From positions 224,001 to 288,000 of the forward strand of contig CAWHOE010000006.1 in assembly GCA_963830915.1 (NCBI GenBank): a stretch of 64,000 bases of DNA, in the 5' to 3' direction. This DNA is from a candidate division FCPU426 bacterium. Its GTDB lineage: Bacteria; Oederibacteriota; Muellerivitia; Muellerivitales; Muellerivitaceae. A program made the translations under genes and the position numbers. This document shows positions 10,452 through 20,135 of the stretch, piece by piece. The stretch's first letter is position 1. Every line of letters starts with the position of its first letter. The notes below the pieces were generated by a model. It saw only the letters and a program-made list of their open reading frames with translations. It made no database searches and was not told where the DNA came from.

Positions 10452-11168
10452 ATGCGTTGGCCCGATGGCAACCTGGTTTTAGGGGTTTTTCAAGAACGAC
10501 TCCACCGTTTTGGCGCCACTGTGACTGTAAAAGGAAGACAGGAATATTGCCATGTGACCAATTCCGGACGCTTACGCGAACTCCTCATCCCTGGCGCTAC
10601 GGTGGCGCTGGTAGACCATGGGCGTCCCTCTCAGAAACCCTTTCGAAAAACCCGTTATGCCGTGCGCCTTTCAAAATATCGGAAAAAATGGGTTTGCATC
10701 GAGGCCAACATGGCCCCCCGGCTTTTATGGGAAGGATGGAAAAAAGGTCTGGTCCCACCGCTGACAGATTATGACGAACTTAAAGCGGAGGTTCCCCTGG
10801 ACGCCCACACCCGTTTTGATTTCAGAGGACACAACTCGAAGACTGGGGAAACTACTTGGATCGAGGTGAAATGCGTGACACTGGTGAAAGATGGTCGGGC
10901 TTTCTTTCCTGACTCGCCCTCCACGAGGGCATCCAAACATTTAATGGAATTGATGAAACTCTCCCTTCGACCCAGGACCAAATGTTTCGTTTTCTTCATT
11001 CTCCAGAACCCCTATGGGCTCTCGATTTCTCCAAAGGATGACACCGATCCATTGTTTGGGCAAACCTTGCGGAAAACCGCTCGGTCAAAAGTCATCGTGA
11101 AAGCGTTCCAGACCCAAATCGACCTAAGAGGGGCGAAACTTATGGAGGAGATCCCGGTTTTACTGTAA
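10452..11168 (+). CDS. sfsA: DNA/RNA nuclease SfsA (sugar fermentation stimulation protein)
   Basis: HVTNSGRLRELLIPG, RFDF, IEVKCVTL, FPDSPSTRASKHL. Confidence 0.92.
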   Translation: MRWPDGNLVLGVFQERLHRFGATVTVKGRQEYCHVTNSGRLRELLIPGATVALVDHGRPSQKPFRKTRYAVRLSKYRKKWVCIEANMAPRLLWEGWKKGLVPPLTDYDELKAEVPLDAHTRFDFRGHNSKTGETTWIEVKCVTLVKDGRAFFPDSPSTRASKHLMELMKLSLRPRTKCFVFFILQNPYGLSISPKDDTDPLFGQTLRKTARSKVIVKAFQTQIDLRGAKLMEEIPVLL

Positions 11169-12140
11169 CCCACATTTGACGACCCGGCCATTACCGCTAT
11201 CAGTGATGTAAAGGTAACCCTTGGCGTCGATGGCCAGGCCTGTCGGGCTGTTAAGTCCGACCGACTGGGAACCATTCGGATTTACGACCACATTGTTGTT
11301 ACTCGATTGGTTGAAGGCCATGATCCGGTTATTCCCGCTGTCCACCACCACCACGCCGCCCGTGTCCAACCTCACATCCGTCGGGAAGCTCAATTGCCCT
11401 ACCGCAGAACCGGTGCTGCCCAAGGTGGAATAGGTGCCGTCCAAGGTGTTCAGTTTGACGATCTGGTCATGATTGGCGTTGGCGATATAGAGGAAATTGT
11501 TCGAATCAACGGTCATTCCCAATGGGATGGAGAATATCCCGTTGGTCGGACCGCTGTTTCCCCAGGTCGAAACAATGCTCAAACCCGCGGAATACTTGCG
11601 CACCAAGCTGTAATCCGAAATATAAACACTTCCATCGGTTCCGATCGCGATCCCCATGGGGCTATTCAAAATCCCGCCGTTATTAGCGCCAGGGGAGAAT
11701 TTGTTGGTCACGGTCCCCGAAGGATTCATGATGATGACATTATCATTGGAAGCATCGGTTACATAAACATTGCCCGATGGATCAAGGGCGATATCGAAAG
11801 GCTGTGCGAACAATGATCCGCTTCCGCTGTATTGGGCAAAGGGTCCTAAATAGGTTCCATCCGCCTTGTACTTGAACACCTGTAAGTTTCCTGTATCTAC
11901 CACGTAGATATTACCGGTGGTGTCGATCGCGATCCCTGCCGCGTTGTTGAATTGGACGCCTGCCGTCTCTGTCCATTGGTTCATCAAGGCCAGCGTTAAG
12001 GTCGTTGGGCCAGAGGGAGTCGGTTGGGTGGAGGCCTGGGTCGTGAGCGCGGGCGAGGAAGGCGATAGGTTTTTCGCGCACCCAATGGGCAACATCAGCA
12101 AAGCCACCATTAATAAGAGTAAACCGACTGACTTTTTCAT
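11160..12140 (-). CDS. NHL-repeat beta-propeller lipoprotein
   Basis: Lipobox-like LPIGC; six repeats of the type FxxPxGIAxDxxGNIYVxD; start MKKSVG at 12140. Confidence 0.9.
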   Translation of the reverse strand: MKKSVGLLLLMVALLMLPIGCAKNLSPSSPALTTQASTQPTPSGPTTLTLALMNQWTETAGVQFNNAAGIAIDTTGNIYVVDTGNLQVFKYKADGTYLGPFAQYSGSGSLFAQPFDIALDPSGNVYVTDASNDNVIIMNPSGTVTNKFSPGANNGGILNSPMGIAIGTDGSVYISDYSLVRKYSAGLSIVSTWGNSGPTNGIFSIPLGMTVDSNNFLYIANANHDQIVKLNTLDGTYSTLGSTGSAVGQLSFPTDVRLDTGGVVVVDSGNNRIMAFNQSSNNNVVVNPNGSQSVGLNSPTGLAIDAKGYLYITDSGNGRVVKCGLQ

Positions 12141-12263
12141 TTCGTTCCCCTTTTCGGATCCAATGAGTTGGAATCTTTTCTTCATTCGCTGTTTCAAGTT
12201 CCGTACCTCTTGGTTTTAGATAAAGCATTGATGATGCCAAGAAAAAGGGATGGATACAGCTGA

Positions 12264-12277
12264 TGTAAGCGCTTTCT
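12264..12277. promoter_or_regulatory. LacI-type operator upstream of the NHL lipoprotein gene
   Basis: TGTAAGCGCTTTCT, sharing the AAGCGCTTT core of the site upstream of lacI. Confidence 0.55.
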
Positions 12278-12408
12278 CGGGTCTAAAAGACATCCATTCG
12301 CGGGTTAAAAAGCACTCAATGGGTAAGAGTTACCCAGGGGTTGGTAGGTTTAATTAAAATGACTGGTGGCTTAGTTGGAACTGGGCGGGTAGATTTTTTT
12401 GAAATGAA

Positions 12409-12576
12409 TTAAGCTTGGACCGCGTATTCCTCAACGAAATGTTTCCGAACTTCATCATCCAAAAGATAACAATCGGGACAATCCTGGATGTGTTTTTTGA
12501 TCCATTCGACCTGGGGCTCAGGTAAAGTTCCCTGGATGAATTGGCGGAGGGAGTTGTGTATTTGACGGCAATCCAT
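12409..12576 (-). CDS. Small zf-HC2 (anti-sigma-type zinc finger) protein
   Basis: MDCRQI...HIQDCPDC (C...HxxxCxxC); GAGG RBS ahead of ATG 12576. Confidence 0.75.
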   Translation of the reverse strand: MDCRQIHNSLRQFIQGTLPEPQVEWIKKHIQDCPDCYLLDDEVRKHFVEEYAVQA

Positions 12577-12783
12577 AGTTCCTCGCTTTTTGATCGGGCT
12601 CGGCAAAGCCCGAATTGTTTCCTCAACAGACTTATAAAATACTCTTCAGTTATCCCTTTTCCCAGACAAGAAGTGGTAATTTTGCTTCAACGTAAAAACG
12701 CTTGGAACACTGGGGTTTTTCAAGAGCCGTTAAGGTGGGGATCAAACAATTCATGGCATCGATCTGGGGATTTTACACTTTTT

Positions 12784-15093
12784 CTAACTAGCGCCTTCTT
12801 GGGACTCGGAGCTCTTTTCTTCCAATTTTGCCTCGACTGCCTGCCGGGCTCCTTGGACGATCTCCCTCAACTCTTTTTCAACGTCCTTTTCGATGCGGTT
12901 CAAGAACTTCAACACATACTGGGAACGAAATTGCCCTAACGCCTCAATGGCGGCTTTCCGGACAAGGATCGTCCGATCTTTCTTCCCTTCCAGGAATTTA
13001 TAGTTCTCCGCCCATTCCACCAATGAGTTGATGGAAAAGGGCTCTTGCAGGGCTCCGAGAACCGCGCAAGCTTGGATCCAAAAATCCTCTTTTCCAGGAA
13101 CATCCGGAGGGAATAATTTGACCGCCGCGATGATATTGCGAGAATCCCCTTCCAACGCCATCTTGGGCAATAGATTCATGGCCCAAAGCGCCACTTCTTT
13201 ATTTGGCGCCTCTAAAATATGGAGGAGCAACGTTCGATATTCTTTTTTCTCCCAGAATTCAATGATCTCAAGGATCTTGACCTGGGCTTCCGGTTTGAAG
13301 GTTTCCCAATAGTTCAGGAAATAAGCCGCCATGGATTGGGGAGGGGGCACTTTTCTGAAGATGTCCAGGAATTGGTCCAATTTATCCGAACCCTGGTTTT
13401 CCTTGAGCCATTGCTCATAGACCGGTATGCCAGCAGTCTCCATGTTATTTAACCAGCCAACCGCCTTTTTCCATTCCGGGTTGGCTACCTCGGTTTGCAA
13501 TACCTTTTGCATCAGGAAAGGGGTCGTCAAAAAGTGAAGCGTCGTGAAAAGTTTCGACAAGTTCTCCTTCTCGGCGTCATTTTCAAGGTTCTTCGCGTAG
13601 AGGCTTTCCCATTGGGCGTGAGTGAACACCGTTCCAAGAACGGCTTTCGCTTCCGTGTCCTGTTTCTCAAAAACAGGGGAGCTCTTTTCAGAGAGCAATT
13701 TCAGAAGGATCACGGTCTTGAGAAGCTCATCCCATTGGGGATCGGCAAGTTCGGACGTCAGCCAATTTTGGACGAAGGTCAAGGCTGAACGGTAGTGATC
13801 CCATTGGGTGGCGGACGCTAGGAATCTTCGGATATTTCGAAAGGCTTCCAATTGCATGCCCCTCGGGATCTTGTTCCACGGGAGTCGGCCCAAGTGCCGT
13901 AAAGCGATCGCCTTAACATTCTCCTCCCCTGATAAAAGGATCTTCCATAACGCTTCCCAAACCTTTTCCAATCTTTCCAGTTCATCCGGATTGATCAACC
14001 GGGTCAATCGGCCGGCGACCTGGGATTCTTTCTCTGGATCCGTCAAAGGGGAAAAATCCCCGTTATCAAACGCGGTAAGGATCGGATCGGTCTCGAAAAG
14101 GGTTAACCGGTCATCGCTGGTATCCACCGCGCTGTCCATATCCCCGCCCATACCCCCCGACCCAAACCCACCCTGGTCTCCTAAGACCACCAGTTTTTTG
14201 AGCATTTCCTCCATGCTCATCTGGACATTCTCGATATCGGTTGGCTCCTTGACTTTAGCCAATGTTTTTTTAAGGCTTAAAAACCCTGTCATGATCTCCT
14301 GCCATTGGAAGCCCAATCCAGGCCCGCTGCCCATTCCACCACCCATACCATTTCCCTGACCAGTTCCTGTACCGCTTCCGGAACCTCCTCCCACGCCTAC
14401 ACCTCCGCCCAACCCGCTTCCAGAACCGCCGCCAGGCCCCCCCATCCCCATTCCCGAACCTTGACCCATTCCCGCTAAACCGTCGATCAGCCACCCCCCC
14501 ATGTTATCGACCATTTTTTTCGCGACTTCCCGTTTGTTGTTCTCCGGTTTCACTCTGGAGAATATCTGGAGGAAATATTGAAGGGCTTCCAAAGCTTCCT
14601 GGAGATTGTCCTCCCCTTCCAATTCCGAACCGACCGGGACCACTTTTTCCCCATCCTTGATGGCTACGAAGACTTTCTCGTTAAGAAGGACATGTTCGAC
14701 TTTTTTCTGTTCCAGCGCCTGGAATATGGTGGTTCCGGGTGGCAACCCCCTGGGTTTCAGGAGCATGAAGAATTCCCGGATCTCCGAGGAAGATACCCCT
14801 TTCACGAAGGTGACCCCATGGATCTTATGGGTCAGGAACAGGTCCTTGAGCATGTTGGTGGAACCTGTGGCCTTCTCATTGAGTGTCATTCCTTCCACTA
14901 CCAGTCGGCCTTCCGATTCACCGAAAGAGACCGATGGGATCGTTTTGAACAATTCCTCAAGAATATTTAAGAATTTATCCAGGGACTGCTGGGACATGGC
15001 GTTATCGGAGGCATATAGGAAAAAATTGGAAAGAGCGACCCGCATCTCACGGACGGCGATGGAAGCCAGTTGGATCTGTTCGGGACTTAACAA
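12784..15093 (-). CDS. HEAT/ARM-repeat alpha-solenoid protein with an internal Gly-rich low-complexity insert
   Basis: 769 aa helical ORF; HEAT-like VRKAAIEALGQF and VKAIALRHLGRL; Gly/Ser/Met tract at about 14320-14480. Confidence 0.65.
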   Translation of the reverse strand: MLSPEQIQLASIAVREMRVALSNFFLYASDNAMSQQSLDKFLNILEELFKTIPSVSFGESEGRLVVEGMTLNEKATGSTNMLKDLFLTHKIHGVTFVKGVSSSEIREFFMLLKPRGLPPGTTIFQALEQKKVEHVLLNEKVFVAIKDGEKVVPVGSELEGEDNLQEALEALQYFLQIFSRVKPENNKREVAKKMVDNMGGWLIDGLAGMGQGSGMGMGGPGGGSGSGLGGGVGVGGGSGSGTGTGQGNGMGGGMGSGPGLGFQWQEIMTGFLSLKKTLAKVKEPTDIENVQMSMEEMLKKLVVLGDQGGFGSGGMGGDMDSAVDTSDDRLTLFETDPILTAFDNGDFSPLTDPEKESQVAGRLTRLINPDELERLEKVWEALWKILLSGEENVKAIALRHLGRLPWNKIPRGMQLEAFRNIRRFLASATQWDHYRSALTFVQNWLTSELADPQWDELLKTVILLKLLSEKSSPVFEKQDTEAKAVLGTVFTHAQWESLYAKNLENDAEKENLSKLFTTLHFLTTPFLMQKVLQTEVANPEWKKAVGWLNNMETAGIPVYEQWLKENQGSDKLDQFLDIFRKVPPPQSMAAYFLNYWETFKPEAQVKILEIIEFWEKKEYRTLLLHILEAPNKEVALWAMNLLPKMALEGDSRNIIAAVKLFPPDVPGKEDFWIQACAVLGALQEPFSINSLVEWAENYKFLEGKKDRTILVRKAAIEALGQFRSQYVLKFLNRIEKDVEKELREIVQGARQAVEAKLEEKSSESQEGAS

Positions 15094-15224
15094 AGGGACT
15101 TCCTTGAGTTTGGATTCTAATCATTTTTATTATAATCAGAAATACTCATCGAGACCCCTAAAACACACCAATAGATGAAAACCATCCCCCCTTCATTTCC
15201 TTGGACTTATTGATTTTTAACCAC

Positions 15225-15258
15225 AAAAAAAAGGGACCGCCGTAACCGGCGGTCCCTT
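15225..15258 (-). terminator. Rho-independent terminator of the pilin operon
   Basis: AAGGGACCGCC/GGCGGTCCCTT stem followed by a T run on the minus strand, 18 bp after the pilin stop. Confidence 0.88.
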
Positions 15259-15275
15259 GAAAGAAAGCAAAAAAC

Positions 15276-15731
15276 TTATTCGTAACCGTAGAAAGAATAA
15301 GGTATTTGCTTGGAATCCTTGACGGTGCTGTTGACATACACATTCCCATAAGTGCTGTCATACAACCACCCTGTCGCGGCAGTGGTCGGGACCGAAGTCG
15401 CGGCGGTCATCGAGACCAACGCTCCAGTCGGGCTTGTCGCCCCGACGACGAAAGCGCCCGTCACTTTGACAGGCGAGATATTGTCCAAATACTTGCTGAA
15501 TGCGTAACCCGTAAAAGACTGCAAGGTGGACGGCCATATACCCTGGGTATCCCCATAGTAAATGGAAGCCGCCGACTTGATACTACCCAAGTTACCCTTG
15601 GTCGATCCTTCGCGTGATTTTTCCAGCATCTGGGCGAAACGCGGAATGGCGATGGCCGCCAAGATCCCGATGATCGCGACAACGATCATCAGCTCGATCA
15701 AGGTGAAACCTTTCTGCTTTAAACGGAACAT
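15276..15731 (-). CDS. Type IV pilin / pseudopilin, copy 2
   Basis: Prepilin site KQKG|FTLIELMIVVAIIGILAAIAIP with E5. Confidence 0.93.
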   Translation of the reverse strand: MFRLKQKGFTLIELMIVVAIIGILAAIAIPRFAQMLEKSREGSTKGNLGSIKSAASIYYGDTQGIWPSTLQSFTGYAFSKYLDNISPVKVTGAFVVGATSPTGALVSMTAATSVPTTAATGWLYDSTYGNVYVNSTVKDSKQIPYSFYGYE

Positions 15732-15820
15732 AAAGCACCCCCTATTTTATTACTGATTGAACGACCCACAACCCATGGCCGACCTGCACTTACCCTCTTC
15801 GAGGGTAAGCCAACACCCCC

Positions 15821-16276
15821 TTATTCATACCCGTAAAACGAATAAGGGATCTGCTTGGAATCCTTTATGGTGCTGTTGACGAACACGTTTCCATAAGTAC
15901 TGTCATAAAGCCAGCCTGTCGCGGCGGTACTTGGCACCGAACTAGCGGTGGTCATGGACACTTTCCCACCCGTTGGACTGGTCGCCCCGACCACAAAAGC
16001 CCCTGTTACCTTCACGGGTGAGATATCGTCCAAGTATTTGCTGAATGCGTAACCGGTAAAGGACTGTAAGGTCGTCGGCCAAACTCCTTGGGAATCGCCG
16101 TAATAGATGGAAACCGCCGATTTGATACTTCCTAAATTTCCCTTGGTTGACCCTTCGCGTGATTTTTCCAGCATCTGCGCGAAACGGGGGATGGCGATGG
16201 CGGCCAATATTCCGATGATCGCCACCACGATCATCAGTTCGATCAAGGTAAAACCCTTCTGTTTCAAACGGCTCAT
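15821..16276 (-). CDS. Type IV pilin / pseudopilin, copy 1
   Basis: Same prepilin motif; AGGAGG RBS before ATG 16276; 13 substitutions in 151 aa versus copy 2 by my count. Confidence 0.93.
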   Translation of the reverse strand: MSRLKQKGFTLIELMIVVAIIGILAAIAIPRFAQMLEKSREGSTKGNLGSIKSAVSIYYGDSQGVWPTTLQSFTGYAFSKYLDDISPVKVTGAFVVGATSPTGGKVSMTTASSVPSTAATGWLYDSTYGNVFVNSTIKDSKQIPYSFYGYE

Positions 16277-16368
16277 AATTCCTCCTAGGTTTTCTTCTTT
16301 TAAACTCATCCCGCCCGACCCAGGCGGTCCTGCCGGACCCAAAAACCGATCCCATCTTTAACTTAAAA

Positions 16369-16560
16369 TTAATTGTTATTTTCCAACTGTTTCATTTCGA
16401 TCTTCTGGGAACGAACATCGTTCTTCTGACTATTTCCAGTTCCTTTCACGATGACCGTGGAAGAAACATTGCTGGCCTTTGGAACCCTGTCTCCCATCGC
16501 CAGGAAAATGGAATAAACCACGATCAGTAAAAAAAGAATCAATAACAGATAACGTTTCAT
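16369..16560 (-). CDS. Small membrane-anchored or secreted hypothetical protein, first gene of the pilin operon
   Basis: MKRYLLLILFLLIVVYSIFLA hydrophobic N-terminus; GGAGA RBS before ATG 16560. Confidence 0.6.
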   Translation of the reverse strand: MKRYLLLILFLLIVVYSIFLAMGDRVPKASNVSSTVIVKGTGNSQKNDVRSQKIEMKQLENNN

Positions 16561-16608
16561 TCGGTCTCCCGAAAGGGCAGTTTCGGCGTTGTTCATATCC
16601 TCATTTAA

Positions 16609-16624
16609 AGCATGGACCATGCCA
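16609..16624 (-). promoter_or_regulatory. Sigma54 (-24/-12) promoter of the pilin operon
   Basis: Minus strand TGGCATGGTCCATGCT has exact GG-N10-GC spacing and lies directly downstream of a sigma54 activator gene. Confidence 0.75.
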
Positions 16625-16725
16625 GCTTAACCAGGACGATTTATTGGGTTTTTGAGGCATTAGGAAAGTACACCCGCATAAAAAACGACGCGGTTGTCAC
16701 TATTTTCATGCGGGTCTTGGAGAAA

Positions 16726-18105
16726 TTAATTTTTGTTTTTTTTGTATTGGGCTGGCTGGATCTTATTTTTTTTGATCAGCGTTTGAAAATTTCTTCGAGC
16801 TAATCCCGCTCGGGCGGCCGCTTGCGTGACATTTCCATCACATTCTTTCAGCATCTTAACTAAGTAGGTTTTTTCGAAAACCTTCAATTGAGATCTCTTC
16901 GCTTGACGGTAATCGGCCAGGTCCACGGCTATCTCTTCACCCTCGGTCAGGATCAGGTCCTGAGGCGTGATCTCCGGCCCGGAAGAGATCAAGGCGGCCC
17001 TTTCCAGAACATTCTTGAGCTCCCGGATGTTCCCTGGCCAATCATGACCCACCAACCATTTCAAGGAATCATTCGAAAGTTTTTTCGACCCTTTCCCCTT
17101 TGACGATTGCTTCTCCAGGAAATAATTGGAAAGCGCTTGAATATCCTCAAGCCTTTCCCTCAAGGGCGGCAGGTGAAGGGTCAAAACCGAAAGTCGATAG
17201 AACAGATCCTTGCGAAATGTCTTTTGGGCCACCATATCTTCCAAATCCTGGTTCGTCGCAACGATGACCCGGACCTTGATCTTCCGGGAACGGGTTTCCC
17301 CAACGGGCCTTACTTCCCCTGATTCCAGGGCACGAAGAAGCTTCGCCTGTGATTCCATTGGAACTTCCGCGATCTCATCGAGGAATAAAGTTCCGCCATC
17401 GGCAGCCTCGAATAACCCGACCCGGCTCTCGTTGGCTCCCGTAAAGGCTCCCTTTTTAACGCCAAAAAGCTCCGCCTCGAACAGGCTTGCCGGCAATGAT
17501 CCTGCGTTCACCTGGATCAATGGGCCAGCGGCGTTAGGGGATTGCTCATGGATGGCTCGGGCCGCCAATTCTTTTCCGACTCCCGATTCCCCAGTGATAA
17601 GCACAGGAGAATCGCTCGGAGCGAATTTTTGGATCAGTTGATGGACTTTCTCAATGGCTTTGGAACGGCCGATCATTGGCCCGGAGGACTGGTTGGATAT
17701 CTCTTTGCGAAGACGAACATTTTCCATCAGCAATTTTTGCTTTTCCATGGCCCTATGCAGGACGACCTCCAGGTCTTCCTGGGTGAAAGGCTTGGGCAGG
17801 TAATCCTCCGCGCCCCGTTTGATGACATCCACCACATTCTTGGTGTTCCCATAAGCGGAGATAACGATCACTGAGGTCTGGGGCCGGATTTTTTTTACCC
17901 TTTCCAGGAGTTCCTCCCCCGATAGGCCCGGCAATTTCAAATCCGTTATGATGATCTTGAATGCCGTGCGGGAAATTTCTTCCAAGGCCTTCTCAGCGTC
18001 TTCCGCGCAAACCGCCTCATAACCGCTCTTTTCCAGCATGGCTTCAAGCAGGTTCCGAACACCCTTTTCGTCATCCACCACCAGTACTTTTAATTTAGGA
18101 GTCAT
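16726..18105 (-). CDS. Sigma54-dependent response regulator (NtrC/PilR/AtoC family)
   Basis: REC domain (VVDDE, D-LKLP), GESGVGKE, ELFG-GAFTGA, LFLDEI, WPGNIREL, Fis-type HTH. Confidence 0.97.
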   Translation of the reverse strand: MTPKLKVLVVDDEKGVRNLLEAMLEKSGYEAVCAEDAEKALEEISRTAFKIIITDLKLPGLSGEELLERVKKIRPQTSVIVISAYGNTKNVVDVIKRGAEDYLPKPFTQEDLEVVLHRAMEKQKLLMENVRLRKEISNQSSGPMIGRSKAIEKVHQLIQKFAPSDSPVLITGESGVGKELAARAIHEQSPNAAGPLIQVNAGSLPASLFEAELFGVKKGAFTGANESRVGLFEAADGGTLFLDEIAEVPMESQAKLLRALESGEVRPVGETRSRKIKVRVIVATNQDLEDMVAQKTFRKDLFYRLSVLTLHLPPLRERLEDIQALSNYFLEKQSSKGKGSKKLSNDSLKWLVGHDWPGNIRELKNVLERAALISSGPEITPQDLILTEGEEIAVDLADYRQAKRSQLKVFEKTYLVKMLKECDGNVTQAAARAGLARRNFQTLIKKNKIQPAQYKKNKN

Positions 18106-19891
18106 ACTTTTCCCCGCTTCTATCGAGAGATCGAGTATCCGGCCATTCCATGATTATTTTAGCGCCTCGAGGCTTATTTGGCTCTATGCGGATCTGACCA
18201 CCATGGGCCGAAAGGATGGATCGGCAAAGGGCGAGCCCCAAACCCGTGCCGGTAGGTTTGGTCGTGAAGAATGGCCGGAATATTTGTCCCTCGTTTTTTT
18301 TAAGGATCCCCAAACCGTCGTCCGAGATCGTCAACCGGTTCGTGTTTTTCACGCGTTTCAGGTCGGCCAAGATCCGCCCACCCTTCGGCATCGCTTCGAC
18401 CGCGTTGCGCAAGACATTGACCAAGACTTGTTTGAAACGGTCCCGATCCACCATTGCGTGGAAACTGGATTTGTTGACCTTGAACGTGTACTTGCCAGGA
18501 TCCGCTCCTATTTGGCCCCAGGTATCTTGAACAAGATCACCCAGGTCTTCTTTTCGGATCTTGAGCGTCAGTGGTTTGGCGAAATTCAATAGATCCGCTA
18601 CCAACCGGCGGCATCGGTCCGCTTCCCGTTGTATTTCCAGCAACCACTGCCGTTGTTTTTTTCCGGTGGTTTCCTTGGCCAGACCGGCCGCTCCCAGGAT
18701 CACCGCGATGGGATTGTTCAATTCATGGGCCAAACCCGCTGAGAATTGACCGATCGTGGCCAGTCTTTCCGATTCGGCTAATTTCCGTTCGACACGAAGG
18801 GTCCTGGCATAAGCTTTTTCTCTCTCTCGGGTTTGGGTTTTGATCCTCTGGGCCATCTTTCCAATGGCCAGTCCAAGAACCTGCACTTCATCGGTGGGGC
18901 TTAACGAAGTTAATTTCTTAATATCCAATCGGCCCGAGTCATACTGGCCGACTTCCTTGGAAAGTTGGAGGATCGGTTGGACGAACCGTTGGGAAAGTGT
19001 CAGGGCTAAAGCTATGGTCACTATCAAAGCGATCATTAAAAAAAAGGACATGAACCGTAACATCCGGTCAGCGGGCGCGAAACACTCCCCCGCGGGCTCC
19101 CGGACCACCACTCCCCAGGATGCGGATTTTACCGTCGCGAATGCCCCCAAGGTTGATACTTCCAATTTATCCGTATATTGGATGATACCTTCCTTTTGAC
19201 TTTTCAATGCCCGTACCGGAGGATAAGAACTCAGGTTTTCCAATAACCGATATCGGTCCGGGTGGACGATGCAGATACCGTCTTGATTGACCAGGAACGC
19301 GTATCCGGTCATGCCGATCCTGGCCGTATTCAGATTTCCAATGGTATGGTTAGGCAGGTACAAAATACCGACCAAGACTCCCACAAATCGATCTCCCTGA
19401 AAAACAGGGGTACTGATTGCCACCCCCACATTCCCTTCTTGGGTTTTATAAGCGGTAACCAATATGGATCCGCGCAACTCACGAGCCCTGGCGTAATTCT
19501 CCTTCAGGAAGGTACGGGGCGGTAGGTTCTTTTCCTCGAACGCCGCCAGCGCTTTGGCGAACAATCGGCCATCGGGTCGGTAAAGAAGCATGGTATCGAT
19601 CAATTCAGTGGAGGTCGTGACCAGCGTCATTTCCCGGACTAAATCTTGCTTCTGGAGTGAGATCGTTTCAGGCCTTCTCGAAAATAGTTCAATCGCGGAA
19701 AAAGCCCGGGACAAGCCCGTCTCCACCTGCCAGGCCAAAGTCTTGGCCAGTACCAATTGAGCCTGCTGGGCTTGGTCCCTGAGCGCCTGGTAGGACTTAT
19801 AGACCAGATAAGAACCCAATACTCCTGTCGTCAATGTCGAGAGCAGGACGGTTAGAAAGGTGATCTTGGTCTTGAGGCTGATAAAACGCAA
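18095..19891 (-). CDS. Sensor histidine kinase (TM-dCache-TM-HAMP-HisKA-HATPase)
   Basis: GYAFLVNQDG..VHP Cache motif, AGLAHELNNP H-box, QVLVNVLRNA, DDGLG, PFFTTKPTGTGLGL. Confidence 0.96.
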   Translation of the reverse strand: MRFISLKTKITFLTVLLSTLTTGVLGSYLVYKSYQALRDQAQQAQLVLAKTLAWQVETGLSRAFSAIELFSRRPETISLQKQDLVREMTLVTTSTELIDTMLLYRPDGRLFAKALAAFEEKNLPPRTFLKENYARARELRGSILVTAYKTQEGNVGVAISTPVFQGDRFVGVLVGILYLPNHTIGNLNTARIGMTGYAFLVNQDGICIVHPDRYRLLENLSSYPPVRALKSQKEGIIQYTDKLEVSTLGAFATVKSASWGVVVREPAGECFAPADRMLRFMSFFLMIALIVTIALALTLSQRFVQPILQLSKEVGQYDSGRLDIKKLTSLSPTDEVQVLGLAIGKMAQRIKTQTREREKAYARTLRVERKLAESERLATIGQFSAGLAHELNNPIAVILGAAGLAKETTGKKQRQWLLEIQREADRCRRLVADLLNFAKPLTLKIRKEDLGDLVQDTWGQIGADPGKYTFKVNKSSFHAMVDRDRFKQVLVNVLRNAVEAMPKGGRILADLKRVKNTNRLTISDDGLGILKKNEGQIFRPFFTTKPTGTGLGLALCRSILSAHGGQIRIEPNKPRGAKIIMEWPDTRSLDRSGEKYDS

Positions 19892-19985
19892 AGGGTCTCC
19901 TAGGGAGGGTGAGGTTTCAATACCCTTCTATTATGTTCAAAGGTGTTTCCGATGGGCGAAAATAAGGATTTCGGGGCAACCCGGC

Positions 19986-20135
19986 CCCTTTCCGAGGGCT
20001 TCCGATGGACCTCCAGGCCTTTCCGAGGGACGGAAGCACCCTTTCCGAGGGCTTCCGATGGACCTCCAGGCCTTTCCGAGGGACGGAAGCACCCTTTCCG
20101 AGGGCTTCCGATGGACCTCCAGGCCTTTCCGAGGG
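19986..20135. repeat. 53-bp perfect tandem repeat, 2.8 copies, rich in hairpins
   Basis: Unit CCCTTTCCGAGGGCTTCCGATGGACCTCCAGGCCTTTCCGAGGGACGGAAGCA starts at 19986, 20039 and 20092 (last copy partial). Confidence 0.95.

Noticed and set aside
15276..16276. Diversity-generating retroelement or pilin antigenic-variation cassette
   Set aside because: No reverse transcriptase or recombinase nearby; both copies are complete with RBS; differences are mostly synonymous and spread along the gene.
19986..20135. CRISPR array
   Set aside because: Units are identical end to end with no unique spacers, and there are no cas genes in the window.
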